The translations under genes and the position numbers were made by a program. A stretch of DNA of 64,000 nucleotides from Mytilus galloprovincialis. Lineage: Eukaryota. The stretch lies in NCBI RefSeq assembly GCF_965363235.1, contig NC_134842.1, positions 34,104,757-34,168,756 on the forward strand, in the 5' to 3' direction. The notes beneath the pieces are model-generated. The model made no database searches. It had not been told where the DNA came from and saw only the letters and a list, made by a program, of their open reading frames with translations. Shown here one piece after another: positions 24,211-38,298 of this stretch (within the stretch, counting starts at the first letter, position 1; the number at the start of each line of letters is the position of its first letter).

Positions 24211-27189
24211 CTTTGTATTGTTTTACCTTAAAGAAGATAAAAGAAAAAATATAGAAAATATATGGCAAAAAAAATGAATAACCTCCAAACAGCTAGACCC
24301 TCATGCATTTGAGTAATACTAAAATACAATATTAAAAGAACTGTCAACTACATTCTATTCTCTGAAGACAGCTTTCACACCTAATACATTTAAACCTTTA
24401 TCCTTTTAGTGTAAATAGTATATGTTAAAAATGTTGTGAAACTTGTACATGTAATACTATCAAAGACTGAAATAAATAAATGTATTATGTAGAATTGTTT
24501 TTCATTAACACAGTAATTGTAACATACCTGCATGCAAACTAATGGTACTTTTAAACTATATATATCTATAATCAATGCAAATCATAATACACAATTCTGC
24601 AATTTTCTTCTGTTAGCTATAGTCATGTTGTTTTCACACTTCTGCAGCACAATCTAATGTCAAACTGAAGCAAACATAGATCTGCCTTCAATGTCCTATA
24701 TAATGACATTTAAAGCCATAACATATTCCCAAATATATTACACATGAATGCATCTGTTAATAAATGTATTCTATTTATAGTTTACTTACAATATTTCAGT
24801 AGTATCCAGGACTAAATTCTTTAAAACATTTTGTTTAAAAATTAAGATTTTGTAGGGGTTGATAAAATTGTCTTAAATTGGTGATGATTCTAAGTAACTT
24901 TGTATTCTTAATTTATTAGAACAAGAGGCTCCATGCATTCACTGCTTATATGATAATGTATATCAGACAAATTATATAAGTTTATATAAGTGATAAAAAC
25001 AAAATTCACTTCAGATTTCTTGAAATACTTTTTTAAACCCAGATTTATTTTATTGCACAGTTTTCACAACTTTAATTATTAGTTTTTAGCTAAGCAAATA
25101 CATATAAATGGCCAGTGCTTTTATCCATTTACTTGACACAGATGGTTAGTTGAGAACAAAAATTTACAAGAATGGGGTTAAAGCTATTATTTTCCTTTGT
25201 GAATTTTCCATTTCTATGTTGAATAATTTGAGTAATGATATGTAACTCTAAGTAACACTATTCTTCGTGGATTTTTTTAAGATAATTGACTTCAAGATCA
25301 GATGTTCAAAGTTGTTCCTGGTCCTATCTTGAATAGCCTGTCATAGTATTTTAGAGGGTCATCCAAACCCCCTGGCTATGGGTGTGTTGATATTCGAGGG
25401 CTTGGGGTTCCTAGTTGATTGATGGTTGATGCATTAAATGAAGCTTTGGAATCATCAATCATTAGGGTTCTCAATGTTAAATTTTAATTAATCTCAAGTC
25501 TTATACTTATCTCAAATATGACTAATTATTATTAACAAATATTTAATTGGGATTAGTATAAAGACAGGTGCATCAGTATAGAGCTGAAACTGTTTCACAT
25601 TCAGGATCACCTGAGTTCTCCCTCTGGAATGTTTGGTGGGGTAACTGTTGCTCAATCACTTGATTTTTTATGAAGTTTTTTTTAAGGATTGCTGCTCAGC
25701 TGGCCACCTTTTAAACTTGAACAGTTTTCCTGAAGTTCTTATGAATAACAATTTGATTAAACAAATATATTATTCCGGAATGTCTATTATCTTACTGTCA
25801 TTGAAAAAAATAAAGGGAAATCCACAGTAATACAGATAATTAAATATCTTTTCCTTTTGGTTCTAAATTGACTTTTTTTCTCTTAATTCTTTAGCCATAA
25901 AGGGGGGTGTGCATTATACACAAATGTGCACAATAGTACATACCAAAAGACAGTACTTATAAATTAATATTAAACCAAACAAAGTTTATTATGTGGTATG
26001 AAATTTGCTCATTGTTGAAGGCCAAATGGAGACGAATAGTTGATTATATGTACATCATTAAGTCTCTTGAGTATAGTTGTCTCATTGGCCGACATACAAC
26101 ATCTCCAGATTTTTTTCTTTTTAGAGCTTTTTTTTTATTAAAATAACAGACAGATAACTACGATTTTGTTCTTTACAAATAATGATCGATCCTCTAGAAA
26201 ACATATGTTCTTATTTGAATATTTAAATTCGAGGTTATCCTATACCCACGAAATCAACAAAATTTGGTTACCCATGATTAACAATACATCCACAGTAGCC
26301 AATAAATATACCCAGTCAAGGTTGTTAAAAACTTCCATAGTCAGAGCAGGGATTTGTAACACTTTTCTGTAGCACCTAATTGCACCCTCCTGTTTGTGTA
26401 GAGATGGCATAATTGTTTTTTGTAAGTATTTGTGAAGATACGACATCTTCATAGCAGGCTGTGAAATTGATGTTACCATTTTAAGCTGCTTAAGAAACTC
26501 CTGTATGCTGTCAACTTTATAGATCTTTATACAAATAAAAGTAAAAATTGACAAGAAGGTGATTACAATGGATTTCAAGAGAAATACAGATTGTTGACAT
26601 TAATAAACAAATGGGTTAAAGTATGTTTGTCAATCATAATTCATATTATTCAACATTTAAGGATGGTCATTTGCAGGAAATTTTAAGTGTTGTTGTCAAT
26701 TTTGCTTAGTATTTGAGTGTTGCATTTATTTGCATAATTTATAAAAAAGAAGACGTGGTATGATTGCCAATGAGACAACTGTCCACAAGAGACCAAAATG
26801 ACACAGACATTAATTTTTTACTAAAAGAGTTATCTTCCCTTAAATGGCTCATTTGAAAAAAAATATTCTAAAAGCAAAACAAATGATATTTGTTTAAATA
26901 TTTTGTATTATACAGTAAATTACCAAGTTTTCTTAATATTATTTAACAGTCTATCCTTTAAATTGCAAATCTGTCTCCAAATTTGAAGATTGATAGGCTA
27001 ATAACTTGACCGGTTTTTTACTGTGATTGTACAATCCAAGATGGCAGTATACCATGTAACTACCTTTAAAAAAAGGGTATTTCCATCCAGGTTTGTCAGT
27101 CCTGGTTTTTCAGAAAGTATGTACGACTTATAATTCATTTAATCTGTATCTAATTAATCTAATTGTTACAAATCAGAAGTACTTGATCT

Positions 27190-28355
27190 AAGGCCGTTTT
27201 TATTAAATAAGTTGGTTTACGGATCCGCCGACCCGAATTTTCGCTAATTCAAATAAAAATAAACGCACATTTGCCCTTAAAAATTATTTCCGCCGACCTC
27301 ATATTTATCGATTTACTAAGAAAATTTTAAACGGTATTTTTGTGTTTACGTTTCGTAATTCTGGTTCCTATTACTGCATTAAAAAATCGTGAACCAGTGC
27401 ACCGGAAACGTGACTGGTTAGCTGTTCACGTGTTTGCGCATCCTTAAACCCTGACTTCCGTTTAGGAACCAGACGATATCAGGGCATGGTTTGTTTACTA
27501 TGAATGAACCAGTGTACATCCATCTGGATGTGGACGTCCTAAACAAGAAAAAAATAACAATTTACATTTGTTTTTAATAATTAAAAACATGTATACTGCT
27601 TTCATCAATTGCATATTTCACTTAATACAAATCTTTGTCTGTCAGATGTATGTTTATAGGGTTGATACATATAAAAAAGATGTGGTGTGTTTGCCAATGA
27701 GATGATTTTTCATAAAGAGACCAAATGACACAGAAATTAATAACTATAGATCACTGTACAGCCTTCTTCAATGAGCAAAGCCCATACCGCATAAGCTATA
27801 AAAGGCCCCAAAATGACAAATGTAAAACAATTTACGTGAGAAAACAAACAGCCTAATTAAATGTAAAAAAATGTACTAAAAAAAATTAACAAATATGTAA
27901 CACACCAACAAACAATATTAAACCACTGAATTACAGGCTCCTGACAGTAAATTTCTGTTTATACTTTTAAATACTGTCTGATATGCTCTGTCCTTATAGG
28001 TGTTGACATGCAATATGCTCTTAGATTTGCCTTTGTCTTTTAATATTGACTTGTTCTATGTGATGTGTTTTTGTTGTCGCATTTATTAATTCCACAAAAC
28101 CTACAAAAGATGCTGAATAAAAGGTATTATCAAAAGGCTTTTCAAGTTTTACAGAACTATAAATAAGTCTTTTCAATCAAGTTTAAATGTTTTTTTTTTT
28201 TTCCTCCTACCCTATTTTTTTGTGGCTGATATCCGTAAACCAAGTAAAAAAACAAAAACTGGAAAGATCTAGTTTAAATTTATTTTTTTCCCCTCCTCCT
28301 ACCCGAAGTTTTTTGGGCTGATGTCCGTAAACCAACTTATTAAATAAAAACGGCC
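27190..28355. mobile_element. TIR element / MITE of about 1.17 kb. About 40-bp TIRs (GGCCGTTTTTATTWAATAAGTTGGTTTACGGA...). Subterminal tandem duplication at 28195-28340. Contains a nested family-1 repeat (27690-27960).
   Basis: 27190-27230 is the reverse complement of 28315-28355. Confidence 0.7.
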
Positions 28356-30054
28356 TAATGATAATGTAAATTTTCTTACTGATTTAAAATAGTGTGTCAT
28401 CAACATTAAAAAAAAAAAACAACAAAATTTACAAAAAGATTCCACAACATTTTTCTGACAGTAAATTTTGAAAACAAAAATGTCTGTCATTTAGGCAATT
28501 AAAAGTTGAAATTGCAGATACATGACTCTGGCTGATGTCTTATATAAAATTCTGTAACAAATGTGGCATTGTAAAAATAAAGCACAATCTCTTCCATTAT
28601 ATGTTTAATATTAATATAAGAGTTATAAATAATGCAGTATAACAGACACATAACAAATTGAAATGGTAATACTGTATTGCTTTGATTATAAAATGATTAT
28701 AAAATGTATAATATAAAATAATATACTACTTTATGTACAACCATATCTAACAATAACTATGGAATAACAAACCAGAAGATGTGGTATAATTTCCATCAAG
28801 AAAACAATCCATGAAGACCAGAAGACAAAGAAGTGAACAAATAACAGATTACCATAAGTCTTCAACATTGAGCAAACCTAATACTGTAAAGTAAGCTGTA
28901 AAAAGGTTTATTTCAAATTCCATCTATATACATGTAGTACTTATAAAGGGTAGCACTTTGTGTGTCTAATTTAAATAATAAGACCATTTAAAATAGGACA
29001 AATCAATATTAAAAATGCCTACTCTCTCATATTAAAATTACCAATTATCAATTTTTACCAAGTAGTAGATATATTTTCTGTTGTTCAAATCTTGAAACCA
29101 TCGTTTAATGATTGTTGATAATCCATTCAACTTATTTTTTTGTCCAAGAATTTTCTTATATGCGACAACTGATTAACAACAATATATACATGTATCTTCT
29201 TTTCAATATTGATTCTACCAAAATATGGACTGGGTTTATAAACACATACTAAAACAGATCTTTAAAACTTTTCACAATTTAAATGGTGGTACCCAATGGT
29301 GAAAAAAACCCTCTGTAACTAGATAAATTTAAAATAATACTTGATGGATAATCTACCAAAAAAATTTGTATAAAATACATAACAAAATTTCAATCCAACA
29401 TTACAACAGTGGAGATAATTCAATTTTACTAATGCACCAGTGGTTGCAATAAAACAAAAAATAAAGGATAGGTAGAAAGTTGTGTAAAACCTTCATCTAA
29501 TAAAAAAAATCTAAAAATATATAGGGGAGATAATAATTATTATTCCATATTGCTAAAACTTTAGTAGGTTTTTCTATATAAATTGGATTTTGAATAAATA
29601 AGCATATTCACCGCACAAAATATTGCGTGCTTTTACATGTATAATTTTGGTAAAAAAAACCTGTGATATATAATTGGTTTTGGTAAATAATTAGCATTAC
29701 AAACATTTCTCTTGGAATATGGCCGTTGGCCTCAGTGAATATAAGTTTTTCAAAGGTCAATAAAACCACACATTTACCTCATCAAAAGACAGTAATTGTA
29801 TATTATCCGTCTGCCAATTGCCCAATTCATTGAATATGTATAAAAAGTTGGATATGACTGTTTAAGTTAATCAAATAAACATATGTTTTTAAGATAATAA
29901 AACATGTGCAATATTGTCCTGTCTGCTAACAAAAATTCTTAGAAACACCAAAAATCAATGGCTTAATGTTTCTTCATTTCTTTCATTAAAATCAATGCAA
30001 TAAATTATGAGAAGCCTCTGTTTTAAATTTCACTTTTCACATCTTCTTGGTAAC

Positions 30055-30160
30055 TTAGGAACTTCTTTGTTTAAAGTTGACCATGATACCAGTTTTGGCT
30101 CTCATTACAACCTCAAGAAATGGTATCACTGTATGGTCTGGATCCAAGGAGATTTCAAAC
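30055..30160 (-). CDS. CYP4 paralog B exon 12 (C-terminus + stop)
   Basis: Acceptor ctttttaaag|GTTTGAAATC. Translation FEISLDPDHTVIPFLEVVMRAKTGIMVNFKQRSS. TAA stop at 30055-30057. Exon lengths sum to 1515 nt = 504 aa + stop. Confidence 0.8.
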
Positions 30161-30821
30161 CTTTAAAAAGAATAAAATTATACCAAGATTTAGTGATGTG
30201 AATCAATAACATAATTCAGATTGATGATTAAAGAAAATACATCAACTATTTTGATCATAAATTGTTAAAATGTTTTCCTTTTCTATGGTCTCACTAACAA
30301 TCAAACCAGAATGTTGACTGTAAAATGAGAAATTATTGTGTGCATTTGTTACTGTCATTTCATCATTTTAGACTAAAATGTGATTTTAATTTTTGTAATA
30401 TTGAGAAAATTTCGAGTTTAATTCAAATAAAAAATTAAAAAATGCGAGTTTTAATTATTGTGGTTATAAATAACCCTGTCACATTTTTCGCAGTGATAAA
30501 AACATCACAACAATTCCTTAATTTACAGTAAGTGAAACTTAGTGATTTGAAAAGAGGTTTCTGTGCATTTTTTTTATCATTGATTAAATGTTGAGTTTAA
30601 TTTGTGATGTAGGGTTGCTGTCTTACTGATCATTGATTCTTATCCAACATTGATTTTCATTCATTTTGAAATTCAATGAAAAAAAAAATCTTTTGTTTTA
30701 TAAGTTATGCAATTGTATCATTGAACATGAAATTGGTGAAATAGTTAATTGGATAATCTGTTAGCAAAAAGGGAAGGGTATATATTCACAAGAATCTGTA
30801 TATACAACTTAAATGGCATAC

Positions 30822-30887
30822 CTTTCTACAATTCTTGCTATCAAAACTTTCTCTTCATTCTGTGCAAAATTTAATCCAATACAATTT
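30822..30887 (-). CDS. CYP4 paralog B exon 11 (heme Cys loop)
   Basis: Acceptor tcttcag|AAATTGTATTGG. Translation (R)NCIGLNFAQNEEKVLIARIVER. Donor AAG|gtatgc. 66 nt. Confidence 0.85.
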
Positions 30888-31199
30888 CTGAAGAAAAAAA
30901 ATATGTATAAGAAGCTAATACAGATACAATCACAAGGAAATTTCTAAATTTGTCTTTCTTTCTATAAAAAAATTACACTAGCTTAAGTTGCCTTGATGTA
31001 CATTTCAAATATGTTCTGATGAGAGCAAGCCAGTTCTAAAATTAATATGAATCTGGTTTAATATCCTCATTTCAGCAGAAAAGTGAGTAATTTGTAGAGA
31101 TGCTTGAGAAACCATTTTATAAGGAAAGACCATGTATGTCTGTCTGCGAAAAAAGGTGTAAAACTAAATGTGTTTCTCTCTGTATTAGGGTTTGTCTTA

Positions 31200-31529
31200 A
31201 TGATGTTCATCTCCCTGCATTATAAGGGAGATAACTGGTTCCATAAAAATGAAGTAGAACTATGAATCTGTTTCAAGGTGATCTAGTCCCTGCAATATAG
31301 GGGAGATAATTCATATTTAACTTGGTCCAGGAGAACATGAAGTTAAACTAAAAGGATCCATCTCATGAAGTTAAAAAATGTCTCCCTCAAATCTCCCTGC
31401 AGCAAAGGGGGATAATACATATTTTCCTTGGTCCAACAGAAAATAGAGTAAAACTAGAAGGATTCATCTCATAAATGTGTGGCTCCTTTAAATCTTTCTG
31501 CTAAACAAGGGAGATACTTCACATTTACC
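31200..31529 (-). repeat. Intron-10 tandem array in paralog B (degenerate exon-10-3'/donor copies, about 105-bp period, about 4 copies)
   Basis: Repeated ATGGATCC(T/A)T..AGTTTTAC...CTGGACCAAGgtaaat.. and GGGAGATAA motifs immediately downstream of true exon 10. Confidence 0.7.
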
Positions 31530-31611
31530 TTGGTCCAGCTGAAAATGGAGTAAAGCTGTAAGGATCCATCTCATGATGTTTGTCTCCCTCAAATCTCTCT
31601 GGTTTAAACTC
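31529..31611 (-). CDS. CYP4 paralog B exon 10 (PERF)
   Basis: Acceptor ttttcag|GAGTTTAAACC. Translation EFKPERFEGDKHHEMDPYSFTPFSAGPR. Donor AAG|gtaaat. 83 nt. Confidence 0.85.
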
Positions 31612-32291
31612 CTGAAAATCAAATATACAACTTTTATAGAAACTAGAAACTAATGGGGTTCATTTCCATGGCCCTGACTCAATTAGGAAAAATTGTTCAC
31701 AATCAATGGGTCAGGATGACCATAGCAATCGATCATAGTCTCTGTACTTAGCTGTTTCTTTTAAATATTTGTCCATCTAGACAGGAAACAACTATTGGAC
31801 TGGACTTTGATCAGTATTTTTTAAAGTCCTTTTTAAATAGTCTGCAAATGAATAACTTTAGCAACAACTAATTAATTTTGCCAGAACATTATTCAAACTT
31901 ATCGTATTAGAAAGGTTTTGAAGAAACTATAAGCATTGACATATTTAAAAAAAAAGTTAGTGTAGGTGCACAAGTGTGAAACTTTACAATTTTGCATTTA
32001 CAATTAAGATTTTAAAATAATAAAACAAGTTTCATCAGTTACATTATGTTTGCCTTGAATATTTTGAAAAATAACATGAAGAGAAATAATTAATTTGAGG
32101 ATGCTTAACAAAAATGGACATATTATTTCAGATATTTTACATCTAGTTTGAGCTTCATCAGAAATAAGGAAAAACTACCTTTTGTGGAAAAACTTCAACC
32201 CTGACAGTAAGAGTGTAGTATCTAAACATAAAAATACATCTATTTTTTCTGCACGGACAGAAAATCATCAAATATATTTAATTTAACTTAC

Positions 32292-32487
32292 TTTTGGATT
32301 TTCCCAAACATCAGGATGGTTGTGACAATGATAAATACCAAAGTCTACCATAACTCCAGCAGGGATGTCATACCCATCCAAAACAATGGGTTCATCTAAT
32401 GTCCTGTTTGTGACTGGTACCGGTGTATGTAATCTCATTACTTCCTTCAGGAAACAGGTCAGGTATTTCAACTTTGGTAGATCTTCA
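32292..32487 (-). CDS. CYP4 paralog B exon 9 (K-helix)
   Basis: Acceptor tgtatag|TGAAGATC. Translation EDLPKLKYLTCFLKEVMRLHTPVPVTNRTLDEPIVLDGYDIPAGVMVDFGIYHCHNHPDVWENPK. Donor AAA|gtaagt. 196 nt. Overlaps track ORF 32283..32531. Confidence 0.85.
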
Positions 32488-32773
32488 CTATACATGGAAA
32501 AATAAAAAAATATAATTTGTATGTGCAGCAAGTATTAACTTCTAATTTTGATGTTTATGTCTCGATAAGATGCATTACTATGATATGTGCTCTCCATGAC
32601 AACACTAAAAAAATCTTTTTTAGACTGCATCTGTTCTTTTACCGGTTTGCATCAGTGCCTCATGATCATTGCCATGATTGCTGTTACAAGCTAGTATCAA
32701 TATAAATAAAATACCACTGCTTCAGTACAAGTTAATTTGGTGAATTATACATTATTAATCCATACTGGCATAC

Positions 32774-32897
32774 CTTTCAATAGTTCCTTTGCTGCCTGTA
32801 ACTTCTTTGACCTCTCTGTAAACTTTTTCCTGTATATCTTTGTATTTACCTAAACAATACATACTCCAACTCAACACACTGGATGTTGTGTCATGGC
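32774..32897 (-). CDS. CYP4 paralog B exon 8 (GHDTTS)
   Basis: Acceptor tttcag|GCCATGAC. Translation (G)HDTTSSVLSWSMYCLGKYKDIQEKVYREVKEVTGSKGTIE(S). Donor AG|gtatgc. 124 nt. Overlaps track ORF 32755..33006. Confidence 0.8.
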
Positions 32898-32929
32898 CTG
32901 AAATACCAAAACAGATATAACAACATGAA

Positions 32930-33340
32930 TATAAAAAATAAGATGTGGTATGATTGCCAATGAGACAACTATCCACAAAAGACCAAAATGACACAGACAT
33001 TAACAACTATAGGTCAACGTACGGCCTTCAACAATGAGCAAAGCCAATACCGCATAGTCAGCTATAAAAGGCCCCGATAAGACAAGGTGAAACAATTCAA
33101 ACGAGAAAACTAACGGCCTTATTTATGTAAAAAAAAATGAACGAAAAACAAATATGTAACACATAAACAAACGACAACCACTGAATTACAGGCTCCTGAC
33201 TTGGGACAGGCACATACAAAATTAATGTGGCGGGGTTAAACATGTTAGTGGGATCCCCTCCCCCTAACCTGGGACAGTGGTATAACAGTACAACATAAGA
33301 AGGAACTATAAAAATCAGTTGAAAAAGGCCTATGAAGACC
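32930..33340 (+). mobile_element. Interspersed repeat family 1, near full-length copy. Starts AGATGTGGTATGATTGCCAATGAGACAACT and ends ...CTGAATTACAGGCTCCTGACTTGGGACAGGCAC... Many other full or partial copies, e.g. 5160-5330(-), 8040-8100(-), 18370-18545(-), 26750-26830(+), 27690-27960(+), 28760-28900(+), 35630-35690(-), 35830-35940(+), 40990-41270(-), 42030-42075(-), 47510-47590(+), 57600-57730(+), 62380-62420(+), 63700-64000(+).
   Basis: The recurrent core GATGTGGTATGATTGCCAATGAGACAAC and its reverse complement GTTGTCTCATTGGCAATCATACCACATC are seen repeatedly on both strands, in introns and intergenic DNA. Confidence 0.8.
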
Positions 33341-34288
33341 ATTATTAGATATATTTCATTGATTGATATTAGGCTTTTCCTCTTTACTTTTGTATATTGT
33401 AAATATATATGTAGATAGGAACCTGTATTACTAGTTCTACAACATTATCTACTTTTTATAAAGTTTGATGTTAGGTGAATGTGGAAGGAGAAAAGTTACC
33501 GCAATCTGTACAAGTGTAATGTTTTATGGTATAATAAAACATTTGGGATGTAAATGTACCACTATCAATGGATCAACTTGATGGTTCTATGCAAATTATG
33601 CTTAAGTGCCAGTCTTTGTAAGAATCAGGCAATTTAGGTAAAAATTAAAACATGATTTGAAAAAACCCACCGAGCTAATCATTCTATTTAATACTAACCA
33701 TCATCCTGAGTTAAAAATAATTGGTCTTTCGTTTGTGTGTGTCTTGTAATATCAAATAACTTGGTTAGAAAATTGGTTAGAATGATAGCAAATTACAGAG
33801 TTATCTCCCCTTATTCGTTAATTTCTAGTGCATTTCAACCAAATTTTATCTTCTGTTACCAGAACAGAAAATGGAAATGAATGTTATTTTTGTGCATAAC
33901 TACATATTATGAACTGAAATCATTGTCAAATAGGGTGGTTTTTTTTGCTCATGTTTTCACCACTGCCTAATTCTTAGGCAGACTGGCACTTAATATTTCT
34001 ATGCATATATTCATTGTAATAAAGATATTTGAAAGGCATTGTAGTAATTTTCAAAATGCTATAAAATTGACACTTAGAATCAAGGCACGGTAATTGCCTT
34101 AATATATTAAAGACTAGAAGCCAAATTATCCATGGAAGTCAGCATGCCCAAAGAAGGAAAAATTGATATAGAATAAAATCAAAATATAATTTTAAGTGTT
34201 TTCTTTAGTGAACCCTGTGTGATCTTAGTAATCTGATATTATGCAAACTACATTGAAATATTTTGTAAGCAAAATCTACTACATGTAC

Positions 34289-34421
34289 CAGCAAAAAGGA
34301 AGGTATCAACTTCAGCTCTGATTTCATCATCCGTCAGTCCTATGCCATTATCATCTTTGGCTGTTATTAATATATCCAGGAAGTCCAAGTGTTTCTTTGC
34401 CTCTGTTTCTGTACTTTCATT
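34289..34421 (-). CDS. CYP4 paralog B exon 7 (I-helix first half)
   Basis: Acceptor ttttag|AATGAAAGT. Translation NESTETEAKKHLDFLDILITAKDDNGIGLTDDEIRAEVDTFLFAG. Donor G|gtacat. 133 nt. Confidence 0.8.
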
Positions 34422-34855
34422 CTAAAAAGATGCATATAATGTCTACAAATGGCATTATTTCTTATTTCACAGCAGGTTAAGCAATAAAAGCTTGCTTTTT
34501 TGTAAGCAGAGCATACTCTGACACAGTATAATCATATCATGAAGTTGTGTTATTTTTGTACATTATGTACTGGTGTTTATATTAAATTATTACAGAGTAA
34601 AGTGGATTCATTTATTTATGTCGGAAAAGATTTTTGTGGAATGAGGAAAATTTACACTTTCGTGCATATTTCAATTTTTGGTTTTCCTGAAGTCAGCATA
34701 CAAGTCTTTACAAAATTTGTAATTCATTGAATATTTGAATTCCCGGTCCACCTGTATCCTTGAAAATTTCGAAAATTGGTAGTCAACAAAAAATAATGAA
34801 TCCTTAGTAATTAACTTTATACTCCTATACACAGTTAGTACACGATATAACATAC

Positions 34856-34982
34856 CAACTCTTTTCGTCTTTTAGATATTATGTCTTTTGAGAATTTATG
34901 AACATATTCACAAATCTTGAAAAATTCTTTACCATCAGCAGTAAAATATCTGTATATGAACTCTGCATAATGATGAAAATGG
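34856..34982 (-). CDS. CYP4 paralog B exon 6
   Basis: Acceptor ctttgcag|CCATTTTC. Translation HFHHYAEFIYRYFTADGKEFFKICEYVHKFSKDIISKRRKEL. Donor TTG|gtatgt. 127 nt. Confidence 0.78.
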
Positions 34983-35096
34983 CTGCAAAGAAAATATCAA
35001 ATGAACCTACTTATTCATAATGGGTAAAATGATCTTACAAGACAGTATTAAAGGGAGACAATCATATATATTCATTTATGGCAGACAATACAGCAA

Positions 35097-35390
35097 CAGC
35101 CGACCGTGCAAGGGCTGTATAGCCAGTCAAAGTCATTTAGACCGTGCAAGGGCTGTATAGCCAGTCAAGGTCATTTAGACCGTGAAAGGGCTGTATAGCC
35201 AGTCAAGGTCATTTAAACCGTGCAAGGGCTGTATAGCCAGTCAAGGTCATTTAAACCGTGCAAGGGCTGTATAGCCAGTCAAGGTCATTTAAACCGTGCA
35301 AGGGCTGTATAGCCAGTCAAGGTCATTTAAACCGTGCAAGGGCTGTATAGCCAGTCAAGGTCATTTAAAACTTCGATTATCATGCAGCAA
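35097..35390. repeat. 42-bp minisatellite (GACCGTGCAAGGGCTGTATAGCCAGTCAAGGTCATTTAAAC)n, about 7 copies, in intron 5 of paralog B
   Basis: Read directly. Confidence 0.85.
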
Positions 35391-36538
35391 CACAAGTGTT
35401 GGGGTTATATACTATGCAAATCAATGTGTGAGGTCAATAATATGAAAATCAAGTTATAAACACTTTTTTAATTTTTTTTAATTTTGATCAAACAATTGTA
35501 TTTCCCTGAGAACAAAAGAACATAGGCCAATACCATAGATAGACACATTATGTGGTATAGGTTTTGCTCATTATTGCAGATTGTACAGTAATGTATAGCA
35601 TCTACATAGATTAATTCACCTCTATTGATCTATGGTAGAGAGTTATCTCATTGGCAATCACACCACATCTTCTTATTTTTAAGCATTCTTGTTCACAATG
35701 TCTTTAATGTGCTTCTCTTTCAGGCTTTATGGTACTATAGGGGGTATATTTTATCACCATATACCTGTATTTTTATCTCAAAGTGTAAGCACTGTTAGAG
35801 GGTTAAAGGTATATGAAAAGCAAGGAGATGTTGTATGATTGGTCATAAGACAACTATCAACCATAGTTAAAAGTGTAGATGTAAACAACTATAGGTCAGT
35901 ATATGACCTTCAATAATGAGCAAACCCATTCTGTATAGTCTGACAGCTATACCAGAGTTCTAGAAATCTATTACCCCTGGCGGTCCTTGAAAGAATATAT
36001 GCTGGTCCTCACTATTATTGCAAAATACCAAAATTGTGTTGGTCCTATGCAAAATGTTGGTAGTCAAAACCTTCGTATCACCACTTTTCAGGAACTCTGC
36101 TATAAAAGGATCAGACATGACTGAATGAGAAATATAGCTAACAAGAAAACCAATAACCTGATTTATATTTAAAGTTATGTGGCAAATCTGATATAAAAAT
36201 CTATTCCATACCATGAAACATACTTCATCATGTATCATACCTCAAGACTAAGAGATTGACATGAAGGGAGGTGTGTCAATCCCTAACATTTAGGATTACT
36301 AAATATACAAAGTCTCTAAATAATTTTTAACAAATTTAAGGGGTGTTCCTGAATTGCTGTTCCCCTACATGTCTTTTTTGTTTGTTTGATTGTATTGTTG
36401 TGATACTGTCTCGATGACATTAACCCCAAATATTCATGTTTATCATAGTACAAACGTGATGCAAATGACATAAACAAAGCTACTTATACTATATACATGT
36501 ACCATGAAGTAAAAGTATCAAGCTTCTGATAAACTTAC

Positions 36539-36601
36539 AAACTTCTTTTATCAATCAGATGTCCCAGACGATTTACTGCTGTCACATACGGATGGCTGTC
36601 T
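36539..36601 (-). CDS. CYP4 paralog B exon 5
   Basis: Acceptor ttttcag|AGACAGCC. Translation DSHPYVTAVNRLGHLIDKRSL. Donor TT|gtaagt. 63 nt. Confidence 0.72.
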
Positions 36602-37382
36602 CTGAAAAATTACAAAATTATAAACAATTAGTAGGAGATTAATGTTTCAAGAGTCAACATAACATATTTGGATCCTGTGAATTCACTGTTTCAGATTCAA
36701 AAGCATTCAGGGAAAATGTTTAAAAGCGTTCATCAAAATGTAGTCATTGGTTAAAAAGTCCTTAACAATAGAGATTCATACAATGGTGTCATGTTTCATT
36801 TTGGAGTACAAACAATGAAACAACCCATAGTCCTTTAGATTCTGTAACAGTGAATTGTAATATATTTATCAATATAAATAAAAACATTAATAAAGAATTG
36901 ATTGTACGTTTCCTACTAAGACTGAACTTTTACAAATTAGTTGTGTCCTTTATCTGAATGAACGATTTAAAAAATTGAACTTCAATTTAGGTTAATCATA
37001 CAACAAAGTTATCTGTTTATCAATCTATTTCAGAATTGTTAACATGTTCTCTCATAGGCTATTAGCACATTGTACATCTTGGAAGAACTTTTCAGGGTTT
37101 ACTGTCATTTCACATTTGTATATATCTAGAACAATGAAGTTTTTTTTGGTGAGGTTCCTTTTACTAAATCTTAAGTTATCTGAGTGTTTAATGTTTTGTT
37201 AGTCATGTTTGTTTTTAGGCAATTTGATTACTTACTTCCCTTTGGGATTTGGTTCATGTATCTTCTCTCTCTTTTTCAAACAAAAATGGCAATATTATAT
37301 CCAATACATAGTTTCATATAAAATTAAAAAGTTTGACCCCAAATTGAACCTTTTACTTTTCTCAAATCTTAAGTACCACCTA

Positions 37383-37507
37383 CCCCACAAGTTGAACATT
37401 TCCTTTGTAACCAAGTGAACATTGTAACAAGGTATCTAGAGTAGCCATACTAGCAGGCTTAAATATATCTAAATATTTTCCATCTTTACTTCCACTGGCT
37501 AGCTTAT
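37383..37507 (-). CDS. CYP4 paralog B exon 4
   Basis: Acceptor ttaacag|GATAAGCT. Translation DKLASGSKDGKYLDIFKPASMATLDTLLQCSLGYKGNVQLVG. Donor GG|gtaggt. 125 nt. Confidence 0.78.
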
Positions 37508-38298
37508 CCTGTTAAAAATAAAATAAAGAAAACTATCAATTAAAAACTTCATTCATTTCATATTTATATATTACATTTGTATCAATATAAATGGAAAATT
37601 TAATCACTATTGGCAATATATCATTTTCAATACTGCGCAGTAAATCTTTTACTAAATTTTTAGCATTAACTTGTAAATGTACATTAAGTTTTATATCTTT
37701 TAGTCTTGTAACCGTATTCATTGATCCAGACTAAAAATGATACCTAACTAAAACTAACAAATCTGTAGGTTCTTAAGAATATAGTTTGTTCAACTGGTGC
37801 ATGTCGATCTTAAACTTTTTATGTGTTAAGATGATTATATACTTCCTTTAACAATCTCTTTATAACTATATTATATAATTGTTAAAAATGACCAAAACTG
37901 CACTTTTAGAGTATCTTCATATCATCACCTATGGATAATGACAAGCTGATTTGACAATCAGGTGGGATAAAAACTATGTAAAGACTTTTTGACAAATCGG
38001 TTATCTGAAGTTTTATTTCAGCTTGTGGTTCAACATACTTACAAATAAAATTATATATGGTGAACCAACACCTGAAATGATTGTGTGGAAGAGTAAAATG
38101 CAGGTGGATACCTTAACCTATTCACAGTTGTCTTTTACCAAGATAATAGATATAACGATATTTAAGATAACAACACCTTCAACATAGCACTAGCCATCTG
38201 GCAACATGCACCCTGTTTCACTCAAAACTAGCAAGACTTTTTCACAGAATCACAGTGTGAATATACTATAGTGGAAACTAGATGTTACCATTACTTAC

